DNA of 61,872 nt, the filler included, from Choristocarpus tenellus KU-1152 (lineage: Eukaryota > Protista > Phaeophyceae), in the NCBI GenBank assembly GCA_964200185.2. It is 9 parts of 9 records of this genome, joined end to end, with 100 filler letters (N's around TTAATTAATTAA, not from the genome) between each part and the next. Parts side by side here need not be neighbours in the genome. Positions count along the whole stretch, not along the records: positions 1 to 21,560 come from CAXNAD020000334.1; positions 21,661 to 28,239 come from CAXNAD020007829.1; 7 more parts are not named here. One strand, given 5' to 3'. The translations under genes and the position numbers were made by a program. Under the pieces are notes generated by a model that was not told the origin of the DNA, ran no database searches, and saw only the letters and a program-made list of their open reading frames with translations. This document shows, in pieces, positions 12,301-25,178 of the stretch. Within the stretch, counting starts at the first letter, position 1; each line of letters begins with the position of its first letter.

Positions 12301-15300
12301 CTTTTGGTGATACACACATTAAAGTTCCAAATGTGATATTCCAACCAAACCTGGTTCTGATGTATGATTTATTGTCGTTCTCGGGAACCGATTCAGAGGA
12401 GGGGGAGAACGCCTGTCCCAGGGGGGGAATGCAATGTGCATTTGTTGATTTTTTATTGCACTCAACATCGTACCTCAACGTTTCAAACCACCTACACCCC
12501 TCACCCCACCATCAACACACCTCTAAGCACCAGTACATGGCAAGTAATATAAATTTATTTTGAGTCAGTAACAACAGAATGAAAGGTTGATTGCATACAC
12601 ACTTTGTACCCCCCAGATGTGCCAAAATGAGACCCCCCCAATGAGGAAGCATGTCCCAAGCAAGCCATCCTATAATAGACCGTGGTAGCTGAACCCGCAA
12701 TAAAAGGACAGAGCAAATACAACCCAATTCTTACCGCCCCAAGAAGTTCTCTTCAACATCCTCCCACAGGAGCTCTTGCTTCTCTTCCATAACAACAACT
12801 GTTGCTCCAATGGACGGGTCGTACACACTGGAAGGAACCAGCTTGAGCTAAAAAGTGGTGGAGGATGGACCGATGCATACATGTATGAATGGGTTGTTGC
12901 AGCAGAAAAGAGACATCGAGGAAACCACTCTGGGGGGAGCAAGTCTGTGTTGAGTTCAACACCAGCAAAAAAAGCATTTGGGGGAGGATCAATAGATTGA
13001 GGTTTGCAAAGACAGGGAGATTACACCATGATCACCTCGTGCTCCTTTTCGGCGGCTGCTGTGTCCAACATGGCTTGCCTGGCCTGCTGGCCCTCCCCCA
13101 AGCGCCTCAGAAATCCCTGACAGTTGAAGGGTTGGTTGGGTCAATATAACAAAAGCAGGGGGGTTGGGGATTGAACGAATGCAAGAACTTTAGTATAACT
13201 GCAGTGGCTGGGTGTAATATATATCCAAGACCAAAAAGGAGATGCGCAAGGGATTATTCAGAAGAATTGTTGTGTCCGAAACAATGGTTGTGTTCCACTG
13301 CGTGTGCCTGACTCTTACATCCTACCCTGCCGATGTCACTTAGTCCTACATGTTTGTCGACCTCTCGGCTCCTGTCTTGTGGAGGTTGTGACTTCTCCCC
13401 TGTTGTACATTGTTTTGATTCACCACCCGGAAGTTGACATGCACCAAATACGATACACATACTAATAAAATAGTACCACCGGTAGACCTTGCCTCTTTTA
13501 ACCAAGAGGATGTGCAGGGTCCTCCTCTCAATCCTTTTGTCCTTTTTCAAGAAGTCAGTCAGTGCACCCCATAGTGCAGTCTTGACTTCTTTAATTGAGC
13601 TGCCCAACACAATCACAAGCTCACAAAATCAATGTCCTGTTGAAAGTGTTGTCATAAAGAGCTGTAGGAGTAATCAGTCGCCCTAACAGGTATTAAGTGT
13701 GTCCTATCTTAATCAAGTCAGTCCGGACAGGCTCAAAGTATCTGGGGGGGGGAGGTGGCTGTCCATTCGGGGCCCATTCTTTCATGTCGTAAATTTTGGG
13801 TAATTTGGTTGCATGTGTTGGAGGGATAATGTAATTGCACTTTTCCTGGTCAGGGCCCGAATGGACACCCTGATGTAGAGCCCCCCCCCCTCCCCCCCAG
13901 ATAATTTGAGCCACAGCTCAAATTTGCGTCTATATACACCCCAACCAAGCTGAAGGTCATGTGACCCGTCACAACTAGTCTAGGTTCATCCAACCCTATG
14001 AACTGAGTGGTACAACTTACTCAGAACCCTAGACATCAGTCCTTTTTCATATACCAACCTTTTGGACCCCTGCCCACGTGTGGGGCTTGCGGTACTCCAC
14101 CTCACAGTTTGGACACGTTTTGCGCTTTTCCTGAACCTGTACGTTGTAGAGGGCAAGGAGGCGGAGCAAATCAAGTCTCTAGTAGACTTACTGCACTGGT
14201 TAGGGTGGGTACCCATTCAGAGTCGGTGATCCTGCCGCTGCAGCCTGAGAGTTGATGCATTAGATTGTAATAGAAACGTTACAGTGCACATGACATAGAA
14301 GGGTGCCTCCTCCGTGACTAATGTTTTTGTTGGATCTTCGCTTGGGTCTATAGAAGTGGGTACTTGTGTGTGTCACACGAGGTTTTCAAGACGTGAAGCA
14401 AGATGGACTACTACCTCTCACGGCCGTAGGGGCGTTTCTTTATCTCAGTGTGCAATGTCCTGTGGTTCTCCAGTTTGCAATAGATGCAATGTAGCGTCTA
14501 ACCACTAGGACACGATGCTATGTACTCCAGACTACAAAAAGAGTGGGAGAGTGGTACAGATGGGTTCCAAACTTCCACTTGCCTTAGGCAAAGGATGCAC
14601 CAGGTATTAGGGGTAAGTCTCACTGTATATTGAAATCAAACAATGCAGTTAAGACCTAAAGTATCTTGGGATGGGGGGGGGGGGGGGGGGGGGCAACACC
14701 CCACCCTTTTTTTTGCCAAAAAAAAAGAAAAAGTGCATTTTTTTTATCAACCACAAAAATAAAACAAAAACACNNNNNNNNNNGGGGGGGGGGGGGGGGG
14801 GGGGGGGGGTCTACACCAGACTGTCTATTTGGTCCAAAATCAGGTAAAGTGCATTTTTATTATCCATCCGAAATATGCAACCAAATCACCCAAAAATCGC
14901 AACATAAAACAATTGACCCCAAATGGACAACCACCACCCCCCCAGATACTTTGAGCCTAATCCCATGATTAGTCTACCCTATGGATCTCATGATATCCTT
15001 CGGTGTTGTACACACTGCTTACACTACAGTGCCTTAAAAATAAGAAATAAACAGTATAATCCACTTGCTTCATCGCAATCCACTTTCATGGCTAGGTCAT
15101 TCGGTGGGTGAGGTTTTTACACACTTCCTAGTGGGTTCTGACTTTCATAGCCACCGTCCTGCGGTCTGAATAAACCAACACCTTTCGTGGGATCTTGGTG
15201 AGTGTTCAGTTCATTCCACACCGCCAATCCAGCTTACCCGGATTGGCCCACTAGCAACCTTCATTCCAATGCTCACCTCATCATAAGATTGTTCCGCACC

Positions 15301-16968
15301 ACATTGTGGACAGGTCCGTTTGTCCAATGATGCCTTGTATTCAAGCTCCCCACGTCTGTGGTCCATTGCAGCAGCCCTATGATGGCAACAAGAGGTTGGT
15401 TACCAGGAGAGCATGCTGTCGATTTCTGTAGTGTACCTTCCAAATCAAATCATGTTTGAGGACCAGGAATGAACCTTTCTAGGCCTACAGACTTGAGCAA
15501 CACCATTTCAATCCACTCATAAGACCATATGTCAACTGATACAGGTAGCACATCTGTTACATAGAACTAAGGAAAGGACACATTTGGTACCATAACCCCT
15601 CGTTGATAAAATTTCATCGCAGTTGACCATGGAGGCTAGCTTAGTAGGTATTGTGACAAATAATACCTGGCCCTCTCCTTGGCCTCCATGGTGTACAAGA
15701 AGGTACTCTTGCTGCCACTGTCATCATCATCCTCATACCCGCCCCTCCCCCTTCCCTCCTCCTTGCCTGTGCCATGCCCCTTGCCAGCCTTTGTGCGAGG
15801 GTGATGGGTGCATTCTCTCACATCTGCAAGACAGGCGTGCAGAAACGCTCTCTTCTCCTTGGCGCTCATTCCCCTCATTTCTTCCTCCAGCCACGGTTCT
15901 GTCCTGGGATCACTGAGTGCCACCCAAACGAGATACAATTGTCCAGCAATACCAAGCAGACAGCAGGGATACCAGAGAGCACTTGGTTGTTGTACAGACA
16001 CCCGATGGCAATACTGCTCCACCTGCCTTCTTCTTACAGCAGTCTACATCATTATATAATACACATGGTAGGGTTCAACTGGACATAAACATTTGACTTT
16101 CTCCATGGTCACTTTCAAAATCGTACAGAACAAGAAGCAACTCAGTGTGCACCATAACTTTGTAAGGGGAGCATGCTAACATGTACCCTGGGTGCTTCTC
16201 ACCACATGCGTGTTCCTGGGCGGTCATCCTTGGGCTGCGAAAGGTAGTCTCTTCGACGCCGTGATAGCCTAGAGGGTCGATCTGTTTCTGAACCCACCTC
16301 ACGCGAATGCCTTAGCAGAATGACTTGACTCTGGCTCAGACCACATGATCTTCATTCAGATGAATTGGCATTGGTGCTGTGTTGGAACACTGTTGAAGAA
16401 TGAAGGTAATGATGTGTATCAACTGGTTATTGAGCCTTACAGGCCTCTCCAGATATGGCGGGCGTGCATCACACCTCAGATTGTTGTTTTTGGCAAAGGT
16501 GGACTTATCCGGGGATTGAGAGATAGGGGCTTATGGGGCTGAGGTTGTTTTTGGCAAAAACTGAACTGTCCGTTTTTTGGGAAAGAGGTGAAAGGGTTGT
16601 GAAAAGAGGTGAAAGGGTTGTGAAAAGAGTTAGGAAAAGATCGAGAGAAAGAGGTGAAAGGGTTGTGAAAAGAGTTAGGAAAAGATCGAGAGAAAGAGGT
16701 GAAAGGGTTGTGTGATGCAATTGGGAACCATGTCATGGGATAGCAGTGCGCATCAGCCATAGCCTGACTTCTAATCATGAACGTGATGGTACCCCACGGA
16801 AAAATTAATGTATTTTGTAGTACATAGGAGGCCATCCCGTGCGAGTGCCGTATGTTCACCTTGCAGCAGAGTCCTTGACCTTTCGTGCTAGTTGACTCTT
16901 GTGATCTTTTGGCCTCTTGCTGCGACGTGAAGATGCAGCAACTCTCTTCCTCTCTTTAGGGAATGCGT

Positions 16969-17002
<34 letters not shown>

Positions 17003-20000
17003 ATGAACACAATTTAGTGAGTATCAAAAGATACTTATCCTCTAACAAAAAGGGCATATAACCCAATCTCCTTATTTAGTAAGGAATTTTTTTTTTGTGC
17101 CATGATCATTCCAACACAAAAGATGCCAAGGTCTACCCACTCATTTGAGTATATGCTACCAAGATGGTATATATTCGAGACTGTTTGCATGGGAAGACAA
17201 AAAATGTACGGCATAGTTACATTATTCCAGCGTGGGTCTTGTCTTATCAATGCATTTGAAAGAGGTCTGATGCATGACCCTGATCCTATGGATGGGAATG
17301 AGCAGTTCCTAGTTTATGCTTTTAAACAAATATGCCTCTTGTGGATGGATGGTAATTCTTGCAACTAAATTTGTGCCCTCTTAAATCTTTGACTGAGAAA
17401 TTATGGTACAAAACAATGCTAGTGCATTCAAAGTACAAAACAATACTAGTGCATTCAAACTACAGAACAATACTAGTGTATTCAAACTACAAAACAATAC
17501 TAGCGCATTCAAACTACAAAACAATACTAGTGTATTCAAAGTACAAAATAATACTAGTGTATTCAAAGTACTCTGCACAAACAACAAAATGCATAGATTG
17601 AGTAAAGTAATCTGGAGTATTGAGTAAAATATCTTGTCTATACACACCTAGGAGGGGACAGAAAGATAAACAGCAGGTATTTTAAAAAAAGAACAGCAGC
17701 GATAGGTCGGGTTGTACAAAGAATCAAGCCATCGACTTCAATTTTTTATACAGCCTGTTCCACTGGTCAACTCCCTGCTTGCATTTTGTTGATGACAGCA
17801 CCACTCATTGCCAGAAATGGGTTACTATTTTGAGCTCGGGAACAAGGACCCCATGCATTCAGTTGTATTGCACACGTACTATGAATGATTCACGCCCTAC
17901 CTCTAAATCCTGAAATGATGACTACTATAATACATGTACAAGAGATTATCTGACTCACCTGAGGTTTCACCTTTTTCCCTCAACCTCCTATGGAGAACAG
18001 CAAGAGAAAGCTCTAAAGCTATATCTCGATCTTCACCAGCCTCTTGTGTCATGTCTGTGGTGGATAGGTGTCTCATTTCCACACCTTCCAGGGCCTGCTG
18101 GGGAACGAAAGTTAGCAAATTTCATGTCATAGAAAGGACAGTCTGTTCTATTTCTAAGGTTCTAGAAGGCTTAGGTGCTGAGATGTGATTTCTCAGTGAA
18201 AGTATCTTATTAAGAGAGGGTACGAGTTTCGCCCTGTTAGTCCGTTTGGGGCTTGGCTCCCCAAGGGCTTTTTATAACCTTTCACCTACTCCAAAACATT
18301 TTGGAGTAGGTGAAATGTATACATTATGAAAAGTTGTATCTGGAACAAGGGATATTAACACTTCCTGACAAACACGATAGACAAAATTACATCAAAATCG
18401 CAACATTGGATTTTAGCCCCAAATGGACACGGCTCTACCCTCTAAGATAATTTGACTATTCTTGGAATTTTGCTGCGTACAAAAGCATGTCACAGTTGAG
18501 TGAGTGCTGCTGCTGACACTCCAGATTGCAGTATGGGACACAAAAATCACTCTTGGTGTTCAACAATTCATGGGTATCTCCAATTATGGTCAGCATTGCT
18601 TTGAAGATAGGGCAATCAAAAAAATACCTGCGCAGAAGAAGTGCTGATATCATTCCCTCTGCTTGTACCACCCAGCACACGCTCATGTTGCCCCATGGTT
18701 TGCCATTCCCGGTGCTGATTTTCATTTCTGACCCTCAACTGTTGACGAACCTGAACAATCCAATTTGCGGCAATTGCTGTTTTCTTGGCAGAATGTTGTT
18801 GCTCAAGGTTGGTCGATGGAGATCAGAACAACAAAGATGTGAGCTGGATGCAACACTGCACACTAACCCTAACCCTAACTCTAACTCTAACTCTAACTCT
18901 AACTCTAACTCTAACCCTGCCCTCTCTTCAACTGTGGGTTATCGTAACACCTTAGAGGACAGGATGCTGTCTTCTCTTGCAATCGCCTGGGCAGCTGCCT
19001 TCATAGCGCTCGTGGAACGAAAGGATTGCTCAAGACTGACAGCTTGAGCAGCAATGACAACTGGGCTCATAGGGGATGCAGGGTCCAATAGGGCTGTTCT
19101 GGTGGAGCGGGGTGACCTGTCCTCAGAAAATCGGAAGATTCACACGTCGAGGTGGTCTAGGCATGATGATGGGCTGGTGTTGTGTTTTCTGTTCTCGAAG
19201 TCTGTGTTTCAGTGGAAGCTTGAGGTAGTTGCATCACCTACTTCAATGCAATCTTGGTTGTGCTTGGGTGGCAGCTGCCTTCCCAAATCAGGCTGGGCGA
19301 CTAGAGAGCCAAAGTAGACGAGAGGTGCCCCCCAGGTTTTTTTATTATAAAAGGCTGCTTGCATTCTATGTCTTCTTTTTTTATCTTTTGCAATTCGCCC
19401 ATATTTCTACAGGTAAAGTTCTAAGTTTAACTTGAGAGCGTTTATTTCTCTATTGTGTGGAAATTTTTCACCATAATTCAGAAAATATCCTGTACACATT
19501 TGAAAAAAAAGTCAAATTTTGCCCTTATTTGTGGCTCGAAGTATCTGGGGGGGGCGTGGGGGTCTACACCAGGGTGTCTATTTTGACCCTAACCAGGAGA
19601 AGGCCACCTCCATTACCCATTCAACGCATGCAACCAAATCACCCAATAATTGCAACATGGAAAAATGGTCCCCAAATGGACAGCTGCCACCCCCCCACTA
19701 AGATATTTTTAGCTATGTCAGCATCCTTAAAATGCAACTCTAGGTATCTCTCATTTACGTTGACTCTAAGGAGGAATATTTCCTCTCATATTCGGAGACA
19801 AACGTAACCTACCAATAATTTTCTGCTTAGGATGTCATTCTGTGAGGCATGGAGTTGAGATATTTACTTTCACAAACATCACCAACAGAGATAACTGAAG
19901 ATGCAGTCAATATGAGTGTGAAATGATTTTGGCAACAGACAGTGCCATTTGTGCATCAAAGTGGTATGGATGCAGCACAGCTCCTCCTTACCCAGAGCTC

Positions 20001-21118
20001 TACACACATTACCTGGGGGACGCATAGGAACCTTGGTGCCAACTGTGATCTTCCCATGTCTGTGCCGTGACCCATCTTGTATGCTCTCCTTGTCCAAACT
20101 TGGGCAATGGAGAATGCTCAATGGAGGGCTTATTCACCACCTTGCATGTTGGACAGTGCATGGGAAAGGAATCATCACTATTGTTTGGGTAAGTTAGCTG
20201 CTGTTGGTACCCAGAAAAAAACTTAACATTACTTGAAGGGAAAAGTAAATGCTTGTATACTACACTGTTTTATTAGCATTGGATGCTCAAACCTTGTTAT
20301 CCTCTTTGTCTGATGGCACCACCTCGCTCTCAGCACAGTGGACTGTATATCTTGACATTGCTGGAGGAGACTGTGGCTCGTCTGGAGTATTAGTTGCGTT
20401 GTTTGAGACTTGCAGTGACCCAGCCTCCCTACCTTTGCCATTACTACCGTTACTATCACGTTCACCTGAGATCTTGCAGAACCTATCACTGCCTGCAGTA
20501 ACTGAATGATCTACAGATAAAGTCGATTTTCCCAACTCTGGGACAATGCTGAACCCAGCACCATTGCCTGTGCTGTATACATGTTTTGCCTCACATGCTT
20601 TGGTTGGAGGTGTGAGTACAATCCCTGTGTCGCTGGAGTCACCGCCCATTTGCATTGAAGGAGCACCATCAGTCTCATTAGTATCAAGTGCCCTACAAGA
20701 TGTTATGTCTTGTTGTCCGCCCAGTTCCTGTGGTTCTTCAGGGAGAACCAGGATATCATCGATGCTTTCTTCGTTGTGCCTCACATTAACATCACCCTGT
20801 CCATCTCTCTTTCCTCTTCCTGGTATATTCCTTGTTTGGTCACCATACCCTCCTTCCTGTTTTGTATGGGAAATCAAGTTGTCGAACCTGTCAGCCACTA
20901 CCTCCACATCACCCCCTCCTTCTGCCGCGACGCCAATTGTTCCTCCGTCAATGTTCTCAGAGGAAGTTGCCCTAAGCAGATCAGCCTTACCTTGGGAGTG
21001 TTTCCTTGTGTAAGGTACTGACTCCTCATTGGCGTTCAAGGTCCGAGGCGGATATTGTGATATCTCTGAGATAGTCTCTGGTAGGGGTTCTGTGGTTGAT
21101 CTCTCCGAAGTCACTTGC
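9355..21118 (-). CDS. Large uncharacterised protein with a low-complexity N-terminal region, a CxxC..CxxC zinc-ribbon-like motif and CTxHP / F(L/M)xR repeats; 5'-partial. Exons 21118-20293, 20140-20013, 19116-18951, 18750-18628, 18094-17959, 16953-16860, 16310-16203, 15912-15667, 15376-15277, 14136-14059, 13116-13036, 12847-12735, 10168-10035, 9485-9355
   Basis: All 14 exons have AG/GT boundaries and consistent phase with no internal stops. Examples: ..DKRTCPQCGAEQSYDE|VQEKRKTCPNCEVEYRKPHTW.. and ..ENFLGR|LEEDAARRK..CTFHP..G|MTFMERMEEDLQRRK..VG*. Additional exons between 12735 and 10168 are possible. Confidence 0.85.
11267..11488 (+). mobile_element. MITE family A copy (internal 10-N gap)
   Basis: TIRs GACCCAAGGTATCTGGGG...CCTAGATACTTTGAGTC, flanked by TTT/TTT. 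Interior shared with the other A copies. Confidence 0.88.
13730..13912 (-). mobile_element. MITE family A copy, complete (183 bp)
   Basis: TIRs GGCTCAAAGTATCTGGGG...CCCCAGATAATTTGAGCC, flanked by ACA/ACA. Confidence 0.92.
14653..14957 (+). mobile_element. MITE family A copy (gap with low-quality duplicated sequence inside)
   Basis: GACCTAAAGTATCTTGGG...CCCAGATACTTTGAGCC, flanked by TAA/TAA. Confidence 0.88.
16581..16711. repeat. Purine-rich compound tandem repeat (about 21-bp and 45-bp units)
   Basis: GAAAGAGGTGAAAGGGTTGT occurs four times, with GAAAAGAGTTAGGAAAAGATCGAGA interposed twice. Intronic. Confidence 0.93.
17406..17571. repeat. 27-bp minisatellite, about 6 copies (TACAAAACAATACTAGTGTATTCAAAC)
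   Basis: Directly visible head-to-tail units in intron 17958-16954. Confidence 0.95.
18194..18458 (-). mobile_element. MITE family B copy
   Basis: Degenerate TIRs CAGTGAAAGTATCTT...AAGATAATTTGACTA, 4-bp flanking repeat TTCT/TTCT, central hairpin. Confidence 0.9.
18863..18917 (-). repeat. Interstitial telomere-like hexamer run (CTAACC / CTAACT variant)
   Basis: ctaaccctaaccctaactctaactct... inside a 200-bp intron. Confidence 0.85.
19533..19714 (+). mobile_element. MITE family A copy
   Basis: GGCTCGAAGTATCTGGGG...AGATATTTTTAGCT, with interior homologous to 13730-13912. Confidence 0.88.
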
Positions 21119-21330
21119 CTGATGTTGAGAGAGGTTAGCGAATCGGTAGGACATGATCAAAACGCATTTCTTTTCAGCAATATTAAAAAGCGTATGGTGT
21201 CACCATCATGATGGACCCCTTGAGGAACATGCCCTTCTCAGCTGTTGCATGTAGTACGTGATTGAGAGTAATGTGATGCTTCTACATTTCCATCACCGTC
21301 ATCCTTCAAGAGTGTTTTAATTCATCAAGA

Positions 21331-21510
21331 AGCTCAAATTATCTGGGGGTGGGGGTGGCAGGGAATCTACACCAGGGTATCCATTTGGGTCCTGACCAGG
21401 AAAAGCGCACTTACATTATCCATCCGAAACATGCAACCAAATCACCCAAAAATTGCGACATCGAAAATGGGCCCCAAATGGACAGCCGTCACCCCCCCCC
21501 CCCCCCCACA
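21331..21510 (+). mobile_element. MITE family A copy running into an assembly gap
   Basis: AGCTCAAATTATCTGGGG start and full interior up to CCCAAATGGAC-polyC. Confidence 0.88.
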
Positions 21511-21560
21511 CCCTTTGTTCCCAGTGTCCCCCTTAAAACCCACACCCCCCCCCAAAATTT

Positions 21561-21660
21561 NNNNNNNNNNNNNNNNNNNNNNNNNNNNNNNNNNNNNNNN
21601 NNNNTTAATTAATTAANNNNNNNNNNNNNNNNNNNNNNNNNNNNNNNNNNNNNNNNNNNN
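21561..21660. other. Artificial scaffold spacer N-TTAATTAATTAA-N. The same spacer occurs at about 28240, 33522, 38837, 42985, 52229, 55204 and 58773
   Basis: Identical ~100-nt N block with a 12-mer that puts stops in all six frames. Assembly artefact. Confidence 0.98.
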
Positions 21661-22477
21661 TTTTGGGTCAAGCCCATCCTCATTGAAAAGCTCCATCCTC
21701 AATTTTTGAAATCTGCTGTTATGTCTGCCAGTCTTACCAGGTCAAAGATTCTCTGATATAGTACCATGTCCACCAGCAGGTTAGTCTAACTTTTTCCTTG
21801 CATGCTACAACCATGTCCACTGCGCGTTACATAAGTGTGAATGTGAGACATTCGCACACACAAGGATCACAGATCACCTTAGTTACCCACCAAGATATTT
21901 TGTATTAAATATACATTTCTAATATTCCAAATAAGACAACATAAAATAATGTAGAAATATCACCATAAACTTCTTCTGTCCCATGCGTCTGGACCTTTAC
22001 GGTTTTTTGTGAATATATTTGTTTAATGTGAGATTCAGAAACTAATAATAATATCGTTCGATAGTCAGCATCTCCTTACCCATAGGTATCTTCAAAATAA
22101 TTTGTTCATTTCGAAATGGTTGAGAAACTGTCCCCTGAACACAAACGTTTTTGTTCGGAAATTGAGGATTTAGCAAAAACAGCAAAACAAGTCAAAAAGG
22201 GCTGGAAATGATGGTTAATCAGCCATAACGTCTTAACGAGACCTGTGATGAGGACGTGGTTAGTTGCATTGTGATGCCACTGCCTGCAGCAATTCCAAAC
22301 AGATGATGCAGGGCAGGAGGTGTTTCTTCTGTGTGCTGGGTAGAATAGATTTTGGGATTGAAGTGAGTGTTAGTACACGATATGCTCCAAGTGCTAAATA
22401 TTTAGAGTACAGAAAATATGTGACAGCAAGGTGGGTGCTTAGGTTTGCGGTGCTATTTTGCGTAGAGGTATATAGGA

Positions 22478-22690
22478 TGCTGACCAAAATGTACAAATTT
22501 CGGCTCTTTGTGAAAATGCGTGTAGGGAATTTTCTTCGTTCTATCGAAATTTTCAACAATAGAGAAATCAACTCACTCAAATCGATCTTGGTACTTCCAT
22601 CCATAGAAATACAGGTGAATCGCAGAAGATTGAAAGTGTTGCTTGAAATGCAAAACGGCCAAAGCCTGGGTATCTCTCGTTTACTTTGGC
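22478..22690 (-). mobile_element. MITE family C copy (partial)
   Basis: The reverse complement begins GCCAAAGTAAACGAGAG and aligns by eye with 53027-53250 (TTTCTATGGATG, AATTTGTACATTTT blocks). Confidence 0.75.
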
Positions 22691-25178
22691 GAGTTGCTTT
22701 GCTGAGTGGAGCAGAGGTTAGGACTAGTAATGACGTAGTGATGACGCACGGATAATAAGCGTTTGTGCGGCCATTTAGTAGAAATATACTACCTAGCATG
22801 TAAGCCTTATGAGGAGAAAAAGAGTTATAATGTCAAGTGTGCACTGTCTAGGTTTGGTGGTAAGGTATATACGTACATGTGCGTCATCAGTTAGCGTAGC
22901 AATCATACATAGTCTCGATATCCCATACCCTCCACCACCTTCCGTGGCTGTTCAGAATTATGATGAGATCTTGTGCAAAATAGGACAACAGTGAGGTCTA
23001 CCTTATTTTGTGTATAAGAGATTATCATTTTGATTGAGTCCATGTGATGTAAATAATGATAACGTAGATCAGGATTATGAATGGGAATATGTATGGGTTT
23101 TCATTTTGCATTCAACAGTCGTTGACTTATATAGGAAGCACAAATAATAATAAACAAGAAATGAGAAGACACCCAGAAAGTCACTCTTCTAATTCCACCC
23201 ATTCTTTTCATGTTCAGCAAAGGGGGTCGTGTGAGGCTTCACACCTTCTTGTCTTCACTACTGATAAATAGCATTACCTCCCAAGGTAAATTGCACAGAT
23301 CTATGCGGTATGCAAAGAAACGTGTAAGGTTGGGATCCATAGACTCAGCTACTGGTTGTCCAAAACAACCCCTTCCAAGGCTTGAGGACGTAGCTGCACC
23401 CTTGCTGTGGTTGTGTAGCACAGTTTGAAAGAGACTCAAACGCCACACACACCATCCCCGAACGTACGGAAGCTTGTGATAGATACTATGTAATATGCCA
23501 TCGTCCAAGCCTCAGGGTGATTTGATGAGCCGCTCCTGAGAGTTATCCCAATGAAGCAGGGGTGACTCACTGAGCAGGGTGTAGATTCATCCCTAATAGC
23601 TTCCTAAACAAATCATATACGTAGTACCAGGTATCTTCGCCCCACCCTACAATATATTTGTCGTAATTTTTAGACCCTTGAATCATCATAGCATCAACGA
23701 TGATCTGTTCCCTCCCTCTCTGAGTCCTGGTGATAGGTGAACGAGTCTTGACTCTCCTTTTGCATTCGCGACCAACAAAATTCATTTGTATTCGTTATAT
23801 ATATTTTCTCTTACATTCTTGGCTTTCCCCCCCTTCTCTACGATACCTTTTGGCCTAGGATCGTATGTCGTAGCAATAAGACTGATGGTGGTAATAGCAA
23901 GATTGTCATTGGTCTTCCTTTGGAAACAACTTATATCGGGAGTTGCAACAAGAAGGAGAAGGGGAGACAGTGGGAGAGCTACGCCAAAACTGCACTCATG
24001 CACGTGCCTTGTGGGAAGATGATGCCTCCAGTCTTGCCTCCACTCATGCACGGCCATTCTCCATCCTCTCTAATTACCAAATTGACGGCTTGGAATGCCC
24101 TCTAGTCTAATGCAAACAACTTTGTGCGTGTGTCAACAAATAGGAATACGACGTAACTATGATAAGGACATCAAACTAGTAAGTTGTTTTGTGTTTGTTC
24201 TCTCAACTACCCCATGACATGCACATGTATAAAGTGCTGGAATACATTTCCACTGCCTGAAGGCAGGCCACAAGCCTATCCTCTAGTGTACTATGTCAAC
24301 ACAACCCAATCCGGTCTTGGTTACAAAGTTGTAAATCCTACTATTATTCCCGTCACAACGATCTATGACTATGAAATCCCATCGCATCCAAGCACACTTG
24401 AACAACACATTGGTAACACTGCACCACCCCACATACAACAAGCCATCAACATCTGTCTCAACGAAAGTCTGAGCCCCTATAATGACCAAGCAACAACCAC
24501 CACTGGACTTTCTATATCTGTGCCTTAGCCGACTCTCCCATGAGCAGGAGAGGGAGGTCACTCCAGGTTTACGCCCTCCTTTACGCATTAGCGGACACTA
24601 GCAAATGCTACAGTGCCTCTTCCCTAAGCAAGTATCCTAGCATCACTAGCTACTACTACCTCAGAGACATGTCGATGTTACGCCCCCTTCACTTCTTGGT
24701 GATAGGGGTGTCACCAACACTACATGCAGCAATACTACTCTCTTGGAATTGAACATATACTGCAACAATTCAATACATCAGTAATCAGTGCTGAAAATGT
24801 CTTCGGTAAGGAATAGGCTAGTCACTCAAGCATTCCTTGCATTCACTTACTTGGCCTCCACACCCTCCCTTCCTCAACAAGGGGACTAGTGCCATTCAAA
24901 CACTTGCTATTACTTCTATTGTATTACTATTCACATCAGTCTGAGGGCGAGGTAAAGAGGTAGGGTAGAGGGATAACAAAGACCCAGCCACTGCCCACTA
25001 GTACCCATTGCTGGGACAGGGAGACATCATCAATGCCACCAGCATTGCCAGGGTTCCTATGGGGAAAGGAAATATCCCAGGGTCACTCGAACAGTGTCGC
25101 CACATTAACAGTCACAAAGCAAACATTAGTTATCATTTCGAAAATTCAGAACAGCTTAATCAGCCACCCAAACGTGGC

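Noticed and set aside
18194-18458. MITEs as Introner-type intron generators
   Set aside because: The copies sit inside larger introns or between genes, and their ends do not coincide with splice sites.
20546-21013. Plus-strand ORFs 20546-21013, 18526-19047 and 27078-27317, and minus-strand ORF 57702-58226
   Set aside because: Antisense shadows of real exons on the opposite strand.
21606-21617. Recurrent TTAATTAATTAA palindrome
   Set aside because: Always centred in a 100-nt N block; an artificial contig linker.
22260-22799. Two long overlapping ORFs (179 and 163 aa)
   Set aside because: Largely explained by a family C MITE; no protein motif.
23567-23785. Chromodomain-like string (IVD..KYIVGWGEDTW)
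   Set aside because: Spacing is too short for a chromodomain. The region 22900-24650 may hold short exons of an unknown minus-strand gene, but I could not build a consistent chain.
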